IMG/VR virus record: IMGVR_UViG_3300022752_000023
Span: 80,421-144,420 of that record
DNA: 64,000 bases
Origin: a virus
Direction: 5' to 3' (one strand)
The position numbers and the translations under genes are program-made. Shown in pieces: positions 1-10,392 of the stretch. The notes under the pieces are model-generated. The model worked only from the letters and a program-made list of their open reading frames with translations, was not told the DNA's origin and did not search any database. The stretch's first letter is position 1. Every line of letters starts with the position of its first letter.

Positions 1-111
1 TCCCAGCGTCCAACCGAATGCCGCCGCGTCATCATTCGGTTCAGCCATGACAAAGGCTGGTTTTGGCGCTGGCGGTTGTTTGTCAAGTTTTGCTTTGCTT
101 TTACGCGCCAT
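1..111 (-). CDS. Hypothetical protein, 5' part (runs off window)
   Basis: ATG at 111, open to the window edge: MARKSKAKLDKQPPAPKPAFVMAEPNDDAAAFGWTLG; same strand as all neighbours. Confidence 0.5.
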   Translation of the reverse strand, partial: MARKSKAKLDKQPPAPKPAFVMAEPNDDAAAFGWTLG

Positions 112-146
112 AATTCACAATAGCTAAGAAAAATCGTGAGGGGTTA

Positions 147-222
147 GTTCTGACTGCGTAGCCGGGGAGTCACATCAGCCGTCAAGGACGAACTAGATGT
201 GCCCCGACTACACAGTCAGAAC
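147..222 (-). other. Long intergenic RNA hairpin (about 76 nt)
   Basis: GTTCTGACTG/CAGTCAGAAC 10-bp arms plus inner stems; mismatches become G-U pairs only on the minus-strand transcript. Confidence 0.65.
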
Positions 223-232
223 ACGCTGCGGA

Positions 233-610
233 TTAGTCTCCGCAGTTGCAAGCAAGGTACGCATGGTACTGGGCTATAGCCTCAATATTAGGATCGATCT
301 CTTTAAAAAATGGCCCAACATCATCCGTGGAGGCCATCTCACCCCGAAACATCGCGGTCGTATATTCGTGATACAGCCGGGCCATATCTCCGCGCAGTTT
401 CTTCTTGGTGAATTTAAGCACGCGCTCCTTCAGAAAGGCAGCGCGTTCCCAGAAGTTCGGCAGCGCATCAAGCTGGTCCCGAAACTTCTCTGCAGTCTTC
501 TCGAAAAGTTTATGCGCCCTATCAGGAACAATCTGAAACTCAGGCGCTGACTTCTTGCATCGAGCAGTGACTGCAAGGCGGATTTGCTCCGCCGGGGGCG
601 AAAGAAGCAT
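233..610 (-). CDS. Hypothetical protein (125 aa)
   Basis: ORF with AAGGGAG SD upstream; protein-like composition. Confidence 0.7.
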   Translation of the reverse strand: MLLSPPAEQIRLAVTARCKKSAPEFQIVPDRAHKLFEKTAEKFRDQLDALPNFWERAAFLKERVLKFTKKKLRGDMARLYHEYTTAMFRGEMASTDDVGPFFKEIDPNIEAIAQYHAYLACNCGD

Positions 611-786
611 GCGTTAACTCCCTTGTAACGCTGTGAAGAAGAGCTGCTGATACGACACAGCAGCGACAATAAATATGCCGCGATTTTGGCAAAAATTTAG
701 TCGCCGTTCGGAGTTTGCGAAAAGCGAAAGTGCCTGTCATTACAGGACTTACGGCGCGATTAGTCGTGTTCTGGAAAATGGAAAAT

Positions 787-878
787 GCAATCGCCGCCCC
801 GCGCTGCCTAAGAGCATGAAGCCCGGAGGTTACGTGGCACGTAACCTTTCGGCAGACCGCAGGGCGGCGAAAGATCGC
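787..878 (-). other. Structured intergenic RNA element (multi-stem, possible three-way junction)
   Basis: 791-799/862-870 9 bp, 804-808/851-855 5 bp, 827-836/838-847 10-bp inverted repeat; G-U pairs favour the minus strand. Confidence 0.6.
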
Positions 879-900
879 AGCCTACGCGTGGCAGGTGCGG

Positions 901-1203
901 CTAGAAAGTCAGCTGCACAACTTGGCCTCCCGCGTTAATATACACAACGCGGATCTTTTTGGCGTCGAGCAGCGATTTGAGCTGTGTCTTTTTTTCCATA
1001 CTTAAACCGGCAAGACACGATTTAATTTGAGCCATGGCGCTGCGGCGTTTTTCTTGTCGTTTTTGCGCGCACGCACTGCAACCGTTACCGTTCGCCCGAA
1101 ATAAATCGCGCTTGTTGTAAAAACAAGGGATGGACTCCGCGTACGTGGGGTCGTTCAGTAAAGATATTATTGTGCTGTCTTCGAGCACTACCATATCGCG
1201 CAT
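901..1203 (-). CDS. Small hypothetical protein with CxxC (GCSAC)
   Basis: Likely start MRDMVV at 1203 (GAGG SD, avoids overlap with upstream gene). Confidence 0.7.
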   Translation of the reverse strand: MRDMVVLEDSTIISLLNDPTYAESIPCFYNKRDLFRANGNGCSACAQKRQEKRRSAMAQIKSCLAGLSMEKKTQLKSLLDAKKIRVVYINAGGQVVQLTF

Positions 1204-1210
1204 AACAACC

Positions 1211-1738
1211 TCACGGAGGCGGGGCTTGGACAGGCGGCGGACCGATCCATGTTTCTCCGCCCGGCAAAAGTGTGTCTGCAATATCGAGCGTATCTTTGAG
1301 TCGTTGAACGTCTTCGACGACATCTTCGATAAACGCTTTGACTTCAGCGCGCGACCGTAGCAACACGTCGACATAGTTCAGTCGAAACCACGCCGGGCGA
1401 TGATTCGGAATTGGGTCGTCTTCGGGATACTCTTCTAGATCGGTCGGGGAACATACGTGATCAAATGCGCCCACCTGTTCGTTTGCGCCCGGCTTGAGCG
1501 GCAGCATCTGGTACGCAAAGATCTTGGTTGGCATGTCTACGGCGTCACTGGCGGTAATGCGCACACGAATGCCGTCAGTCGTGTCAAAGTTATACCGGCT
1601 GACTTGCCACGAAAGTTTGACGCGGCGACCGTTATTGGGCGCAGGCGGCGGGTCGATATTGGGCGTGTAAAAATTCAGCCCGAGCGTTTCCGGTAATTCG
1701 ATAATACCGTCGATTGGATCGGGTTGGCAGTTTGTCAT
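1211..1738 (-). CDS. Hypothetical (probable virion) protein
   Basis: Start MTNCQ at 1738 with AGGA SD, just after the upstream stop. Confidence 0.7.
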   Translation of the reverse strand: MTNCQPDPIDGIIELPETLGLNFYTPNIDPPPAPNNGRRVKLSWQVSRYNFDTTDGIRVRITASDAVDMPTKIFAYQMLPLKPGANEQVGAFDHVCSPTDLEEYPEDDPIPNHRPAWFRLNYVDVLLRSRAEVKAFIEDVVEDVQRLKDTLDIADTLLPGGETWIGPPPVQAPPP

Positions 1739-1739
1739 G

Positions 1740-2018
1740 TTATTCCTGCTCCGGTAAAACGCGGGCGGCAACGTTAACAATGCCCGGCGTGGTTGATCGC
1801 ACGTACGCCAGTGCTAGACCCGCGTCGTCGGTTGGGCCCGGTTGTGTGATTTGAGCGGTGGGCACGTCGGCCACGATTTCTACTTGGCGGCCGGCGACGG
1901 GTCGATTCCAGTGGTCGCGTAACCGAATTTTGACTACCGCTGCTTTTACGCCGTTTGCGCGCACTTGCGGTTTCGAACCGTACAACAGCTTCGAGCGCGT
2001 CGGGCTTACGTAGCTCAT
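1740..2018 (-). CDS. Stand-alone Ig-like (Big_1/invasin-type) domain protein
   Basis: ANG..A.V.I.LRD..N.PVAG..V......TD..G.A...V.S..PG.V.V.A pattern. Confidence 0.7.
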   Translation of the reverse strand: MSYVSPTRSKLLYGSKPQVRANGVKAAVVKIRLRDHWNRPVAGRQVEIVADVPTAQITQPGPTDDAGLALAYVRSTTPGIVNVAARVLPEQE

Positions 2019-2383
2019 GGGTAGGTGTGCCTCTGCGGCGCCGTGCCGTCCGGTGGCGCATAATATATTGTAACACCCGTCGTTTCGTTGTTTGGTGTTT
2101 TAGCGACGAACTGAATAAATTGTCGCATCAGTTCTTGGTCGCTTTCTTTTGACGCGTTTAAAATATCAATAAACGCGGTCACGCACGGCGTTAAAACGTT
2201 GTTATCCGCGCGGCAGCGACAACCACGTTCTTTTGCCGATTGATCGTAAGCAGCGTGGCAACTCTCGAATTTTTCTTTTAACGCCAGCATTCCGGGGACG
2301 GCTGTAAAGAACGCATCCTGCCGCCCAAACTGCATTATGTTATCGCGGCTAATCGAAATCATGCGCGTAATACGCGGCGTCAT
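2015..2383 (-). CDS. Small hypothetical protein with GCRC motif
   Basis: ORF overlapping the next start (ATGA); GAGGA SD. Confidence 0.7.
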   Translation of the reverse strand: MTPRITRMISISRDNIMQFGRQDAFFTAVPGMLALKEKFESCHAAYDQSAKERGCRCRADNNVLTPCVTAFIDILNASKESDQELMRQFIQFVAKTPNNETTGVTIYYAPPDGTAPQRHTYP

Positions 2384-2435
2384 AACGTGGTCCTCGGGGT
2401 TATGGTCGCATTCTAATCGGTATGTACAAATGACG

Positions 2436-3338
2436 CTATGCTTGTGCGGCGGCTTTAACGGCCGCGCGTAATGTCGCGTTTGTTTGTAGCTCAGAAATTA
2501 GCTGAGCTAACGTTAGTTCACCGTGCGGCCCTGTCGGCCCTGTGGCGCCCATGTTGCCGCACGGTCCCGTAGCGCCCGTATGCCCCACCCCGCTCGGCCC
2601 GGTAACACCTTGCGGCCCGGCAGGGCCTGTAACGCCGCGTGGACCGGTCGCGCCCTGAATGCCGGTGGACCCCGCGGACCCGCGTTCGCCCGCCGGACCC
2701 CGAGACCCCGTCGCACCTTGCGGGCCTTGTGCGCCCTGCAGTCCGCGAGCGCCCTGCGGCCCCATTAAACCCTGCGGCCCAATTAAGCCCTGCGGGCCTT
2801 GCGCGCCCTGTGGACCGCGATCCCCCGTCGGACCAGTCTGCCCGCGGGGGCCGGTCGCTCCGGTCGCTCCGGTGACGCCGGTAGTCCCGGCGGGGCCGTT
2901 TGTGCCCGGCAGCCCGCGGGGGCCTGTCGGGCCTGTAGGGCCTGTGGGGCCTGTGGGGCTTCGCGGGCCGGTAGGACCTGCCGCGCCCGTAGGTCCGGTA
3001 GGACCTGTCGCGCCCATACGCCCAGTAGGACCTGCCGTGCCCGTAGCTCCCGTGGCGCCTGTTGTACCGGTGACCCCTGTCATGCCAGTTACGCCGATTC
3101 TCCCGGTCGGCCCGGTCAGTCCGGTTGCGCCTCTGTCCCCTTTGTTTCCCGTGGTTCCCTGCGGCCCTTGCGGTCCGCGCGCGCCAGCCGGACCCGTCGG
3201 ACCGATTGGTCCCGGATCTCCTTGTGGCCCTTGCGGGCCCGCGGGACACACGCCGCAGCCGTTGGTATTAGCCAGCGGCGAACCGCCATACGGCACGAAC
3301 TCAATCTGGTCGTCGTCGTTATTTAACTGGTCTGTCAT
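2436..3338 (-). CDS. Collagen-like (Gly-X-Y) fibre protein
   Basis: About 240 aa of G-X-Y, N-terminal CGVC, C-terminal amphipathic helix. Confidence 0.9.
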   Translation of the reverse strand: MTDQLNNDDDQIEFVPYGGSPLANTNGCGVCPAGPQGPQGDPGPIGPTGPAGARGPQGPQGTTGNKGDRGATGLTGPTGRIGVTGMTGVTGTTGATGATGTAGPTGRMGATGPTGPTGAAGPTGPRSPTGPTGPTGPTGPRGLPGTNGPAGTTGVTGATGATGPRGQTGPTGDRGPQGAQGPQGLIGPQGLMGPQGARGLQGAQGPQGATGSRGPAGERGSAGSTGIQGATGPRGVTGPAGPQGVTGPSGVGHTGATGPCGNMGATGPTGPHGELTLAQLISELQTNATLRAAVKAAAQA

Positions 3339-3339
3339 G

Positions 3340-6300
3340 TTATGTATTTAAAATTGCGCGCAACGCGTTTTGGAGGTTTGTGTTTGACCCGAGCTGCGCA
3401 ATAAATTCATTTAAAAACGCGGACGATTTAACGAGTTCGGCAACGTTAATTGTGATACTGCCGTTGATGTTATTTGTGTTTGCGGTAATTGTACCGCTAC
3501 CGAACGCCGCTGGTGTAAATGTAATTATACCGCTTGTCGGTATCGCGCCGGTTGCGCCCTGCGGGCCTGTTGCGCCAGTAGCGCCTACATTTCCGCACGG
3601 GCCTGTCGCGCCGTTCGCGCCCGCCGGACCCCGAGACCCAGTCGCACCTTGCGGTCCTGTGTCGCCGCGCGGACCTCGCGGGCCGACAGGCCCTGTTACA
3701 CCACGCAGCCCCTTTTCGCCTGTTAAACCTGTAACGCCGGTTGCGCCCTGCGGCCCGGGCAAGCCTGTACAGCCGGTTGCACCTTGCGGGCCAGTTTGTC
3801 CCGTTATACCGGTTGCGCCGGTAATGCCGTCTAAATAAACAACTGTTTCTGTTCCATCTAAAACAACTACCGCGCCGCGTGGACCGGTCGCGCCGCGCAT
3901 ACGACCAAGATAAGTCCAGTAACCGGGCACAACATCGTCGGCGCCGCGCCACACATATGTAAACGTGTTTAGATGATCCAGCGGGTCATCGTTTAATTCG
4001 ATTGACCACGCGTCGCCCGCTCTAGGTGTCTGACTAACCCCAGCTTGATTTATTATTTTTGTCGGCAAATCGTCGACCGAATATAGCGGCGTTAGGTAAA
4101 ATGTTTGATCTGACGGCGTGGCTGTCCAGATATAAGTACCAGAATAAGCAGGTAACGGGTTTTCAATTAGACAGCCAAGCTCGCCAATTTTGTTGATGTC
4201 GCCGTTAATAAGAACTTGCGCAATAACTGCCGTAAACTCTTCACTAAATTCTCTGTTTTCATCAATAACAGCTTTTACTGTGTCGCAGTCGTACAGCGCA
4301 TTATTGCCAATGTAAAACCAACCAGATTCTTCTGTAGTTGTTTTGGTGTTGCAAAAAAGGCCGTCGGGGGACAGCGGCAAATAAATGTACGCGTCGCCTT
4401 CCTGCGCGGGATATTTCGCGTTGCGAAACGCCGCACTTGCAATGAATTTTACTTCCGGGTCTTCTATTGCGTTTATTTGCTCATAAAATTCGTTGGTTTT
4501 TTGGGCCCCGCGGGCCGATAGATATACAACACTGCCGCGAACAAACGGCGCGCGTGCATTGCTATTCGGGTTGTTGCGGTTCGAACCGCTATGTCCAAAT
4601 TTATAAGGAAAGTCATACGCGACACCGAGCATGCGTACACCCACAGCGTCAGTGCCGTTGCGGCCGTCGCGGCCGCGTCTACCGCCGGCCGGGCCTTGCG
4701 GCCCGGCCGGGCCTCTGGCGCCGGTGGCCCCGGTGGCGCCAGCGACTCCTGTCGCGCCTTTGGGGCCGGTATAGCCAGTTAAACCGCGGACGCCTGTCGC
4801 GCCGGCGGGCCCTTGCGCGCCGTTAGTGCCGTTTATACCCGCAGGGCCTGTGGCACCAGTCGCGCCGCTTGGTCCGGTTATACCTCGGGGCCCCGTCAAG
4901 CCGGCGGGGCCTTGCGGGCCTGTTGCGCCTTGCGCGCCGGTATTACCTCTTGGCCCGGCGGAGCCGGCCCGACCGGCTGGGCCTTGCGGGCCTGTTGCGC
5001 CCCTATTTCCTGCGGGGCCTGTAGGGCCTGTTGGGCCTGTTGGGCCCTGACTACCTGTGGCGCCAGTCGCGCCGCGAGCGCCTGTCGCGCCGGCGGCGCC
5101 AGCATCGCCTGTACAACCCGTCGGCCCCGTTTCGCCTTGCGGTCCAATAATACTAATACCGGGAACGCCCTGCGGACCGATGGCGCCGGTGTCACCCTTC
5201 TCGCCCTTTTCTCCCTTTTCGCCTTTAAGTCCTTGCGGCCCCTGCATACCCTCCATGCCCGTAAACCCTTGCGGGCCGCGGGGGCCGGGAACACCTTGAT
5301 TGCCTTTATCGCCTTTATCGCCTTTATCGCCTTTTTCTCCTTGATCGCCTTTATCGCCTTTATCGCCTTTATTGCCTTTATCGCCTTTTTCTCCTTGATC
5401 GCCTTTTTCTCCTTGATTACCGGCTGGTCCCGTCGGGCCCTGTTCACACTTACCGCCACCACCGCCGCCGCTGCTGCTGCTTGGACAAGCTGTTGTGTTT
5501 AAATTAATGTTAACCGTTAATTCGCCGCTCTCTAAGTTGTAGTCAATCGTGCCTGTGCCTATTCCGGTTGGTGTAATGTTTACTGTGCCGCCAGATACAC
5601 CGGTCGGAATATACGCGTAGCCGCCGACTTTGTACTTACACCAATCGGTTTCAAGTAGGTCGACAAAAATTTCTGGTGTGCCGCCGCCGTACGGCCGCAT
5701 TTCTATGTGGCTGCCTTCAAATGTTGGTACACATGGTTTTGGGACATAGATACCCAGTTCAATGTCGTAAATACACGTAGGCGGCTCATCAGGCGACGAG
5801 CCTTCAATAGGTGTCGGTAGCACACTCGCCGTGCCGTATGGGTCGCCGTCTGTTTCTACAACATCAACATTAACTCTAATTTCTGGGCACGGCGCCGGCG
5901 GGCACTTTGGTATCCAGATGTACGGCGTCAGCTTGAACTCACAAAGATCAAGCTGCTCTACCAGAATCTCAGCGCGCGGCTCGATGCCGCAGCCCGTCAG
6001 CGCAATACCCTCACTGCCGTGGATCTTCGGAATACACGGTTTTGGTATCCCGATATACAGCGGCAATACAACGTCGCAGAAATAGCCCGGATCAAAATTG
6101 AACACCGGGCCGGCGGCGAACGCGTACGGATCGGCCTGCGGCGGCAAGACGTTCATGTCCACCACGAGCGATACAGTCGTGCATGGTGGTTTTGGAATCG
6201 GAATAAACAGCTCAATATCAATTTCGTAACAACATACTGGCGGATCGTTTGTGCCGCGTTTTTCGTCGTATTCGGCGCATTTTTGGATATCAAATTTGAT

Positions 6301-8700
6301 TTGTTGCTGTACGTCGTACCCAACGGCTGACTGCAGATTTTTTACTCTGAATTGTGTGCACGGCGGCCGCGGTGTTGGAATATCAATGTGTATATCAAAC
6401 AAAAAGTTGCACGTGCCGGGGTCGTCGCATGTCGGCGGCGTTGGGACGGGGAAGAGGTTGAAAAAGCTAAGCGTGTTACTCAACCGGCCACCCGGGCCGT
6501 CTTGATAATGACTGTTGACGGTTAAAAAACGTGAAATGATCGGGCAGCGCGGACGAGGAATAGGCACTACGATTTCGAGTTCAATTTCAAAATCGCAGCG
6601 TTCTGGTTGATCGCAGCCCGCCGCCGGTGTCGGATTTTTTGTAATCTCAAAACGCGACTGCCCGGTCGCGCAACTTGTGCCCGCAAAACCTGTTTTAACT
6701 GTAAACAGTTTTTTTGTGATCTCAATGCACGGTGGCGGCGGGATCGGTACGACAATTTCTAGTTCGACGTCAAAATTGCATTGATTTGGTGTGTTGCAGT
6801 CACCTTCTTGAGGGTCTGGAGTAATTTCAAAACGATTTGTTTTGCCTTGTACGCAAACAGAATTACTAAAACCTGTTGATACTTCAAATGTTTTGACATT
6901 AATGTTTGGACACGGCGGCTGCGGAATTGGCACATCAATTGTCAACTCAACGTCAAATTGACACTGATCTGGTGTATTGCAATCTCCGTCTATATGGTTC
7001 GGCGCAATCTCAAACTTTGAACTGCTGTTTGTGTCGCAATTTGGGTCGTCATATTTGACATTAACTTCAAATTTTGTGGTGTTAATTATTGGACAAAACG
7101 GGCGCGGAATTGGGACGATAATTTCTAGCTCGACGTCGAAGTTGCATTGATTTGGTGTATTGCAGTCACCTTCTTGCGGGTCGGGCGTGATTGTGAACGT
7201 TGACCCGCGTTGCGTGCATGTAGCGTCACTAAAACCCGTAATAACGTTTAACGTCGGCGGGTTAATTACCGGACACGGCGTGCGCGGAATTGGGACGACA
7301 ATTTCTAGCTCGACGTCGAAAGCGCATTGATCGTGATTATTGCAGTCTCCCAGTGTGTGATTTGGAGTGATCGTAAAAGTTGAGCCGCCTTCCGCACAGG
7401 ACGAATCACTAAAACCGGTTTTTACTGCAAGCTTTGATGCGTTAATTATTGGGCAAAACGGCCGCGGAATTGGAATGTTAATTTCAAGTTCGACGTCAAA
7501 TTCGCAGCGGTCTGGGTTGTTGCAGTCGCCGCGTGTGTGGTTTGGACTAATGACAAACCTTGACGGATCCACAGAGCAAGCGCCATCATTAAACGATGTC
7601 GTGATGCTCAGTATGGGTTGATTAATTGTCGGGCACGGGGTACGCGGGATCGGTACATTAATTTCAAGTTCAAAATTAAATTCGCACTGCTCGGGTGTAT
7701 TGCAGTCGCCGGCTACGTGATTTGTTGTGATTTCAAATCGGTTTTGATTTGCTCCGTTAACGCAAGCAAAGTCGGAAAAACCTGTCCTGAAAATGAGGGT
7801 TGGCGGATTTAAAATCGGGCACGGCGTACGCGGAATAGGAATCAAAAGCTCAAGCTCAACGTCAAATTGACATTGATCCGGCGTGTTGCAGGCGGTGTTG
7901 CCGGGTGTGTGGTTCGGCGTGATGCTAAAAAAGTTTTGCTTATCGTCTAGGCAGGGCGAATCAGAAAAACCGCTGTCGACCGAAAATTTTATGAGATTGA
8001 TTGATGGGCACGGGGTGCGCGGAATGGGTATAGCGATTTCAAGTTCGACCTCAAACTGGCACGGGTCATCTGTAGTGCAGTTGCCCGGCGTAATAACAGG
8101 GTTAATCGAAAATTTGTTTTGCTTACCTAGCAGGCACACGTCATCTGCGTACCCTAAGTACACACCAAAATCGGCTATAAAAATTTGCGGGCACGGTGTT
8201 TTGGGTACCGGGATTTGAAGGTCCAAATCAATAACAAATTCGCACTGATCAGGCGTATTGCAGTCGCCCGGGGTAATGATCGGCGTGACGCGAATTTCGC
8301 TTCTGGGTGTAATGCAGTCTTGATAACCAACTTCAAGGCCAAACTCACCGGCCGTAATTGTCGGGCACGGCGTACGCGGGATCGGGATATTGATATCAAG
8401 CGCGACGTCGTAGCGGCACGGATCAATATCTTGTCGCGTAATTGTCAGTTCGTTTTTTGGCGGCGGACAGCCGTCGTTGCCCTCGTCGACAAAGTTGACG
8501 CCGATAGATGTCAGCGTCGAAAAATCTGGACAGCGTGTGCCGACCTCTGTCGGGGGCTCGCGCGGAATGATTGGCGCTTGGCACCCGTAGATCGGCGGCG
8601 GTAGCGGTTCAATTTCGCAGATTGACGAAATAAAATCGAAATCCACCTTCGGGGTGGGCTCAATCGGGCACTGCGAATTTTTGAAAAGATTTTCGAGCAT
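3340..8700 (-). CDS. Giant tail fibre/whisker: Cys-rich tandem repeats, collagen tracts and a central globular domain (1786 aa)
   Basis: About 16-17 repeats of CxFxVELEIxVPIPRxPCP..., two G-X-Y tracts, position in the fibre module. Confidence 0.85.
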   Translation of the reverse strand: MLENLFKNSQCPIEPTPKVDFDFISSICEIEPLPPPIYGCQAPIIPREPPTEVGTRCPDFSTLTSIGVNFVDEGNDGCPPPKNELTITRQDIDPCRYDVALDINIPIPRTPCPTITAGEFGLEVGYQDCITPRSEIRVTPIITPGDCNTPDQCEFVIDLDLQIPVPKTPCPQIFIADFGVYLGYADDVCLLGKQNKFSINPVITPGNCTTDDPCQFEVELEIAIPIPRTPCPSINLIKFSVDSGFSDSPCLDDKQNFFSITPNHTPGNTACNTPDQCQFDVELELLIPIPRTPCPILNPPTLIFRTGFSDFACVNGANQNRFEITTNHVAGDCNTPEQCEFNFELEINVPIPRTPCPTINQPILSITTSFNDGACSVDPSRFVISPNHTRGDCNNPDRCEFDVELEINIPIPRPFCPIINASKLAVKTGFSDSSCAEGGSTFTITPNHTLGDCNNHDQCAFDVELEIVVPIPRTPCPVINPPTLNVITGFSDATCTQRGSTFTITPDPQEGDCNTPNQCNFDVELEIIVPIPRPFCPIINTTKFEVNVKYDDPNCDTNSSSKFEIAPNHIDGDCNTPDQCQFDVELTIDVPIPQPPCPNINVKTFEVSTGFSNSVCVQGKTNRFEITPDPQEGDCNTPNQCNFDVELEIVVPIPPPPCIEITKKLFTVKTGFAGTSCATGQSRFEITKNPTPAAGCDQPERCDFEIELEIVVPIPRPRCPIISRFLTVNSHYQDGPGGRLSNTLSFFNLFPVPTPPTCDDPGTCNFLFDIHIDIPTPRPPCTQFRVKNLQSAVGYDVQQQIKFDIQKCAEYDEKRGTNDPPVCCYEIDIELFIPIPKPPCTTVSLVVDMNVLPPQADPYAFAAGPVFNFDPGYFCDVVLPLYIGIPKPCIPKIHGSEGIALTGCGIEPRAEILVEQLDLCEFKLTPYIWIPKCPPAPCPEIRVNVDVVETDGDPYGTASVLPTPIEGSSPDEPPTCIYDIELGIYVPKPCVPTFEGSHIEMRPYGGGTPEIFVDLLETDWCKYKVGGYAYIPTGVSGGTVNITPTGIGTGTIDYNLESGELTVNINLNTTACPSSSSGGGGGGKCEQGPTGPAGNQGEKGDQGEKGDKGNKGDKGDKGDQGEKGDKGDKGDKGNQGVPGPRGPQGFTGMEGMQGPQGLKGEKGEKGEKGDTGAIGPQGVPGISIIGPQGETGPTGCTGDAGAAGATGARGATGATGSQGPTGPTGPTGPAGNRGATGPQGPAGRAGSAGPRGNTGAQGATGPQGPAGLTGPRGITGPSGATGATGPAGINGTNGAQGPAGATGVRGLTGYTGPKGATGVAGATGATGARGPAGPQGPAGGRRGRDGRNGTDAVGVRMLGVAYDFPYKFGHSGSNRNNPNSNARAPFVRGSVVYLSARGAQKTNEFYEQINAIEDPEVKFIASAAFRNAKYPAQEGDAYIYLPLSPDGLFCNTKTTTEESGWFYIGNNALYDCDTVKAVIDENREFSEEFTAVIAQVLINGDINKIGELGCLIENPLPAYSGTYIWTATPSDQTFYLTPLYSVDDLPTKIINQAGVSQTPRAGDAWSIELNDDPLDHLNTFTYVWRGADDVVPGYWTYLGRMRGATGPRGAVVVLDGTETVVYLDGITGATGITGQTGPQGATGCTGLPGPQGATGVTGLTGEKGLRGVTGPVGPRGPRGDTGPQGATGSRGPAGANGATGPCGNVGATGATGPQGATGAIPTSGIITFTPAAFGSGTITANTNNINGSITINVAELVKSSAFLNEFIAQLGSNTNLQNALRAILNT
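5300..5420 (-). repeat. 9-nt tandem repeat (GCCTTTATC variants) encoding GDK/GEK/GDQ collagen triplets
   Basis: Directly visible tandem repeat. Confidence 0.9.
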
Positions 8701-8701
8701 G

Positions 8702-9613
8702 TTAGGTGCAGTTAACTTGTGCGTTTGGTTTCTTTTGTACAGTGATTGTCCCGTCGTCGATCAGGATGTTAACGCCAGCGCCGCCGATTATGTTTACGTT
8801 TGCTCCGCCGACGCCGTTGATCGTTGAGATGATCTCGTTGCACGCGGGGCCGCCACTGTAGAATTTGCTGTCGGGCGGCAACGGCTCGTTGGGGTATAGC
8901 GGTAATTCTCCATTATTTTGGCATAACTCGTCGCTTGTCGCGCCGGCACCAGCGCCCTTAGCCGCGGTCACAGCGAGTTCGTTTGCTCGGTCTGTTTGCG
9001 TAATCAGACAGTTATACCCGTCTTTTAATCTAATGTCGCCCTTCATGCAGCGCGCGTTTAGCAGAATCGGGCGCGCATCGTTTGTGCTGGGTGCGTCGCA
9101 CGGCGGCACCGTAACCCGCGCGTAATTACCGACACTGATCGAACGCAAATACGTTTTGTTTAAATTCTGAATGCGGCTTGGCTCGACTTGATAATCGTTC
9201 GGTTGCAGTGTCCAAATACCGTTGACAGCCGCGCTCGCGAACGTGGCTGTTAATTTCTCTAACGGCCCGGTCACTAAAAACCCAGACCAAATCGGTTCTT
9301 CTGCGCACGGGTTTGCGACATCTGCAGCCGACTCGCTGTGTTCTAACGCCCACTCGCCGGAATCGGACCGCGTGAACGATATCGTTGTGTTACTGGCATT
9401 TGTGCTGAACACAAACTCGAACAAGCTGCCGGTTTTTTTAACTGCCGACAACCACACCGTGTGCGCAGTTTCTTCGTAGTGCGCGTCTAACCCCATGATA
9501 AAACCGGCGTCAAGAATTGCGCTGGTCGGCAAGGCTGGTAGGGTAGCGGGCTTGTTGTAGATAAACGGATACGCGCGATATTCGTTATCGTTGTAAAATC
9601 CGGGACGTGGCAT
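8702..9613 (-). CDS. Cys-rich tail/baseplate-associated protein, paralog family member 1
   Basis: N-terminal FYNDNEYRAYPF and STINGV motifs shared with neighbours. Confidence 0.75.
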   Translation of the reverse strand: MPRPGFYNDNEYRAYPFIYNKPATLPALPTSAILDAGFIMGLDAHYEETAHTVWLSAVKKTGSLFEFVFSTNASNTTISFTRSDSGEWALEHSESAADVANPCAEEPIWSGFLVTGPLEKLTATFASAAVNGIWTLQPNDYQVEPSRIQNLNKTYLRSISVGNYARVTVPPCDAPSTNDARPILLNARCMKGDIRLKDGYNCLITQTDRANELAVTAAKGAGAGATSDELCQNNGELPLYPNEPLPPDSKFYSGGPACNEIISTINGVGGANVNIIGGAGVNILIDDGTITVQKKPNAQVNCT

Positions 9614-10392
9614 TAGATCACGCTCCTACCAACAGTATCGACAACAATTGTCTCGCCGTCAGGATAAATTCGCAACACGGCGTCTGGCGCCGCTTGATTT
9701 GTTGCGGTGAACGTAAAATTGCCGAACTCGTCCGGCCCGCACCCGTTGATGGTTTTTAAGTATCGCTTGTTCGGAAAATCGGCGCCCTGCTGCGGTTCGC
9801 AGAGAAAGCGACGAAATAACGGAACGCCGACGATATCGATACGAATGACGTGCGGCCCTTCTTGTCGCAGTACTACACCTTGATCGCCAACAAACCATAT
9901 GTCGCCGGTAAGAAACTGCTTTGTCTCCGGGCGAATTGCGCGTACGCCCGGCTCATTGGCTGGAATAACGACACTACTTACAAATTCAGTTTGATCTATT
10001 TCAAACGTGTAAGTACCGGTACCCCAACCAGAGAAGCGCGCTAACGCCGTTGGCGTCGACAGCAGCATGCCAGCGGGGCGACCATACTGATCTTCAAAAA
10101 GCAACACGCCGTCTGTCGGCGGACTCAATGGGTTGTAGGTCGCTGCAACTCTCGCGCTTAGTTCTTCGTCGCCAACGTTGATAATCACGCTCTGTGGCGC
10201 AATAACGATTGACGATATGTACACGCGTTGAAAACCACCAATGATAAAAAACGACGCGTCTATGAACGTATCCGGCGCAATCTGTATCTCCGCCGCCGTC
10301 TCGCTTTGAAGACCGGCTGAATCGGCAAACGGGTAGCGCGAAGCTTCTTGTTCGTCGCGAAATTCTGGAAATAGGATACGTGCGCCAGACAT
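9613..10392 (-). CDS. Tail-associated protein, paralog family member 2
   Basis: FRDEQEASRYPF and KTINGCGPDEFGN motifs; stop/start overlap. Confidence 0.75.
   Translation of the reverse strand: MSGARILFPEFRDEQEASRYPFADSAGLQSETAAEIQIAPDTFIDASFFIIGGFQRVYISSIVIAPQSVIINVGDEELSARVAATYNPLSPPTDGVLLFEDQYGRPAGMLLSTPTALARFSGWGTGTYTFEIDQTEFVSSVVIPANEPGVRAIRPETKQFLTGDIWFVGDQGVVLRQEGPHVIRIDIVGVPLFRRFLCEPQQGADFPNKRYLKTINGCGPDEFGNFTFTATNQAAPDAVLRIYPDGETIVVDTVGRSVI

Noticed and set aside
2513-5502. Many alternative-frame ORFs over the collagen tracts
   Set aside because: GC-rich G-X-Y repeats lack stops in other frames
5300-8530. Tandem repeats as a CRISPR array or DGR template/variable repeats
   Set aside because: The repeats are in-frame protein repeats with no spacers, no adenine-specific variation and no reverse transcriptase or cas gene
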